From UHGV virus genome UHGV-2113617: a stretch of DNA of 64,000 nucleotides. The stretch is one strand, 5' to 3'. A model generated the notes under the pieces. That model was not told the DNA's origin and made no database searches. It worked only from the letters and a program-made list of their open reading frames with translations. The stretch is from a virus. Positions 61,772-64,000 of this stretch are shown here, piece by piece (the first letter of the stretch is position 1; each line of letters opens with the position of its first letter). The translations under genes were made by a program, and so were the position numbers.

Positions 61772-62232
61772 TAGTAAAGGTCCTCAGAGTAAAGTTCTTT
61801 TTCACTACCACCGCGTTCAATATGTACTTGTCCAGCGTAAGTTGCAATAATCATTGCTTCTTCACGTGTCCAATAATTACTATATTGGTCAATAAACCCT
61901 TGATCATCATCACAAACTTGCTGAGTAACTAATTGAGGTTTAACTACATCTAAAACTTCGGCCATATCTTTAGAATAATGACGAGCACCCGGAATAATAA
62001 GAGTTCGTCCATCTTTTAATTTAAAACGGTTGGCGGCACAAACAATTCGTCGTTGATACTTTTGGTTTTCATCCCAGTATGCAGACTGCCAACAGATTTC
62101 AGGAACTTCTTTTAGAATATCTTCTTCTGTGCATTTATAACCATGTGCTTTAAATTTTTCAACAAGACTTTCTGGAGTTTCACGAGATAAAGGAACATTC
62201 AGCATTTTTAAACGATTAATAAATGGATTCAT
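61771..62232 (-). CDS. hypothetical protein (arn.3-like)
   Basis: 153 aa ORF. Confidence 0.5.
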   Translation of the reverse strand: MNPFINRLKMLNVPLSRETPESLVEKFKAHGYKCTEEDILKEVPEICWQSAYWDENQKYQRRIVCAANRFKLKDGRTLIIPGARHYSKDMAEVLDVVKPQLVTQQVCDDDQGFIDQYSNYWTREEAMIIATYAGQVHIERGGSEKELYSEDLY

Positions 62233-62573
62233 TTAAACCATCCTTTAATACGCTGCCACAAAGTTTTCTGTTGAGCTTTGTTAACACCAATTGAGCGAAT
62301 AACTGGTTGAGATTCCTGGAATTCTTTATAATCAGCAAGGTAAATTTCGTAAGCTGCATCCGTGAATGAACTTATCGCTGCCATGAAGTTTTTACGTACA
62401 CCACCAGGAGCTATTCCGTTAGGTAATTCAGAATTTTCACGAATAATTAAATATAACCCAGTTCTAACCTTAACAATAGTTCCAAGATAAGCCCCATGGT
62501 ACCAGATATCCCACCCCTCTTGAGTGGGTTCTGCACAGCGACGAAGTTCATTGATAATTTCTAACTTGTTCAT
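62229..62573 (-). CDS. hypothetical protein (arn.4-like)
   Basis: 114 aa ORF. Confidence 0.5.
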   Translation of the reverse strand: MNKLEIINELRRCAEPTQEGWDIWYHGAYLGTIVKVRTGLYLIIRENSELPNGIAPGGVRKNFMAAISSFTDAAYEIYLADYKEFQESQPVIRSIGVNKAQQKTLWQRIKGWFK

Positions 62574-62583
62574 TATTTATTCC

Positions 62584-63219
62584 TCACAGTTCAGATGCTA
62601 CGGTGATTACAGCTTCAATGTTTTCTGCCGAGCGTTTAATGTCAAGATACACATTACCGTTTTTAGCGATTTTACATGACATTCCGATATCAGTAAATTT
62701 CTGAATATGATGTTCCATCATTTTGTATCCAAAAATTCGCATATTTCCATTGTTGTTAATTTCAAAATTACGAATTCCGTGAGTGCGTTTTTCTAAAATA
62801 GCGAGATAGTTACTACGATAAGTTTCAACCTTTTTAAGAACAAATCCATTTTCATCTAAAAGTTTTAACATGAAGTCTTTATCTTCTTCCATATCAGAAG
62901 TAATCTCACGAGCTTTACGAGTTGCTCGTTTTTTCAGCAGTTCAGGAGCGTTTTCCTGTGCGTATAAAGTTGCTGCATTTGAAATAATATCCTGAGCTTC
63001 ACCCGTAATGATTAATCCATCACCAGATTTCTCTACCAGGCCTTTTTTAATCAATACACCAATATTACTATTAACTACTGCATTACCTAAATCTGGATGC
63101 ACCTCACGAACTTCTGCAGCTGTAATGAAATCTTTCTTAGCAATGGTAATTAAAATCGCAGCAGTTTTTTCATTCAGAACATCGTTAGAAGCTTTGATGA
63201 TGTAAGTTACTTTAGACAT
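62584..63219 (-). CDS. motA: MotA middle-transcription activator
   Basis: 211 aa, same as T4 MotA; N-terminus MSKVTYIIKASNDVLNEKTAAIL. Confidence 0.9.
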   Translation of the reverse strand: MSKVTYIIKASNDVLNEKTAAILITIAKKDFITAAEVREVHPDLGNAVVNSNIGVLIKKGLVEKSGDGLIITGEAQDIISNAATLYAQENAPELLKKRATRKAREITSDMEEDKDFMLKLLDENGFVLKKVETYRSNYLAILEKRTHGIRNFEINNNGNMRIFGYKMMEHHIQKFTDIGMSCKIAKNGNVYLDIKRSAENIEAVITVASEL

Positions 63220-63259
63220 TTTCTAATCTCCGTAATTCTGTATCAGTAGTTGATAGTTG

Positions 63260-63289
63260 TATAGTACCACAGTATGCTTTGGTTGTAAA
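63260..63289 (-). promoter_or_regulatory. early promoter of motA (GTTTAC, 18 nt, TGG-TACTAT)
   Basis: Minus strand GTTTAC(63284-63289) and TACTAT(63260-63265); same layout as promoter at 46161..46190. Confidence 0.55.
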
Positions 63290-63310
63290 CCGTTTTGTGA
63301 AAAAATTTTT

Positions 63311-63341
63311 GAAATAAAAAAGGGAGAGCCTCGGCTCTCCC
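63311..63341 (-). terminator. intrinsic terminator upstream of the motA promoter
   Basis: GGGAGAGCC/GGCTCTCCC hairpin followed by TTTTTTATTTC on minus strand. Confidence 0.7.
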
Positions 63342-63346
63342 TAAAA

Positions 63347-63496
63347 TTACTGCATGACTGTGATAACTGTCATGATAACACGTTGAATGCCGAACGCAAG
63401 AAGACCTCCTGCTACAGCTGGAACAACACCTAAACCCGCTAGTAAAATGCCACCAGATACTAATGCAGCGCTTGTAATACCTATGAATGGACTCAT
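63347..63496 (-). CDS. small hydrophobic membrane protein (not in ORF track)
   Basis: 49 aa MSPFIGITSAALVSGGILLAGLGVVPAVAGGLLAFGIQRVIMTVITVMQ; ATG overlaps upstream stop. Confidence 0.45.
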   Translation of the reverse strand: MSPFIGITSAALVSGGILLAGLGVVPAVAGGLLAFGIQRVIMTVITVMQ

Positions 63497-64000
63497 TTGA
63501 TTTCCTCTAAATCTTTAGTGTATTCGGTAACTACATCAGTAGTTTTCCAATATTCGTTTTCTTCTTTCTTAGCTTTAGCTTCTTCAGCAAGTTTCTTTGC
63601 TTCGTCGGAAGTCATATGAAAAATATTCATTCCAACTAGTTTATCAACATAAGAAGAATACATATCAATTTTAGAAAGTTCTTCGGTCAGTTCTTTGCGA
63701 GTTTTACCTTGCACAACAATTTCACCTGAAATTACTTTCTTAATGAAATGTGCCTTGGCAAAGGCTAAACGAAATGCTGATTCAGTTTCTTTGATTTTGT
63801 TATCAATTCGTTTTTGGACATAAGTTTTACGAACTTCAACGAAGTCTTTAATTAAATCAACTACGTTATCGTAAACTTGCAGCTTTCCTTTCTCATTAAT
63901 GACTGTAATATTCTGAGAACGACGCTCAATCAACCCGAAGTCTTTCATAATTTTTGCATGACGTTCTTCTTCGTTATCGCTCAAAGAATATTCTTTACGG
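63493..64000 (-). CDS. 52: 3' end of DNA topoisomerase II medium subunit gene (gp52-like), partial at window edge
   Basis: ORF running off the window end; position next to motA matches T4 gene 52; identity inferred from synteny only. Confidence 0.5.
   Translation of the reverse strand, partial: RKEYSLSDNEEERHAKIMKDFGLIERRSQNITVINEKGKLQVYDNVVDLIKDFVEVRKTYVQKRIDNKIKETESAFRLAFAKAHFIKKVISGEIVVQGKTRKELTEELSKIDMYSSYVDKLVGMNIFHMTSDEAKKLAEEAKAKKEENEYWKTTDVVTEYTKDLEEIK

Overview
This window reads as a contiguous segment of a T4-like (T-even, Tequatrovirus-type) myovirus genome; gene order and protein lengths match the T4 map almost gene for gene. Plus-strand late genes: head genes 67/68/21/22/23/24, uvsW, baseplate genes 51/27/28/29/48/54, long-tail-fibre genes 34/35/36/37/38 and holin t. 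Minus-strand early/middle genes: rnlB, hoc, inh, uvsY, 25/26, two tandem Alt-type ADP-ribosyltransferase genes, DNA ligase 30, rIII, 31, cd, pseT, alc, rnlA, denA, nrdB, nrdA, td with its group I intron and I-TevI, frd, 32, segG, 59, 33, dsbA, rnh, asiA, arn, motA and the 3' end of 52. Regulatory signals are visible by eye: late TATAAATA promoters, GTTTAC early promoters, MotA-box middle promoters, GC-hairpin terminators and the gene 32 translational operator. Differences from T4 as I recall it are the main points of interest: nrdA is cut in two by an HNH endonuclease gene, a paralogous HNH gene sits after uvsW, Hoc carries a tandem duplicated Ig-like domain, gp38 is the T2-type glycine-rich adhesin, nrdB has no intron, and an NADAR-like protein sits in the gene 30 accessory cluster. 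No tRNA, rRNA or CRISPR array was found. All calls rest on sequence reading and memory of T4 proteins; no database search was run.
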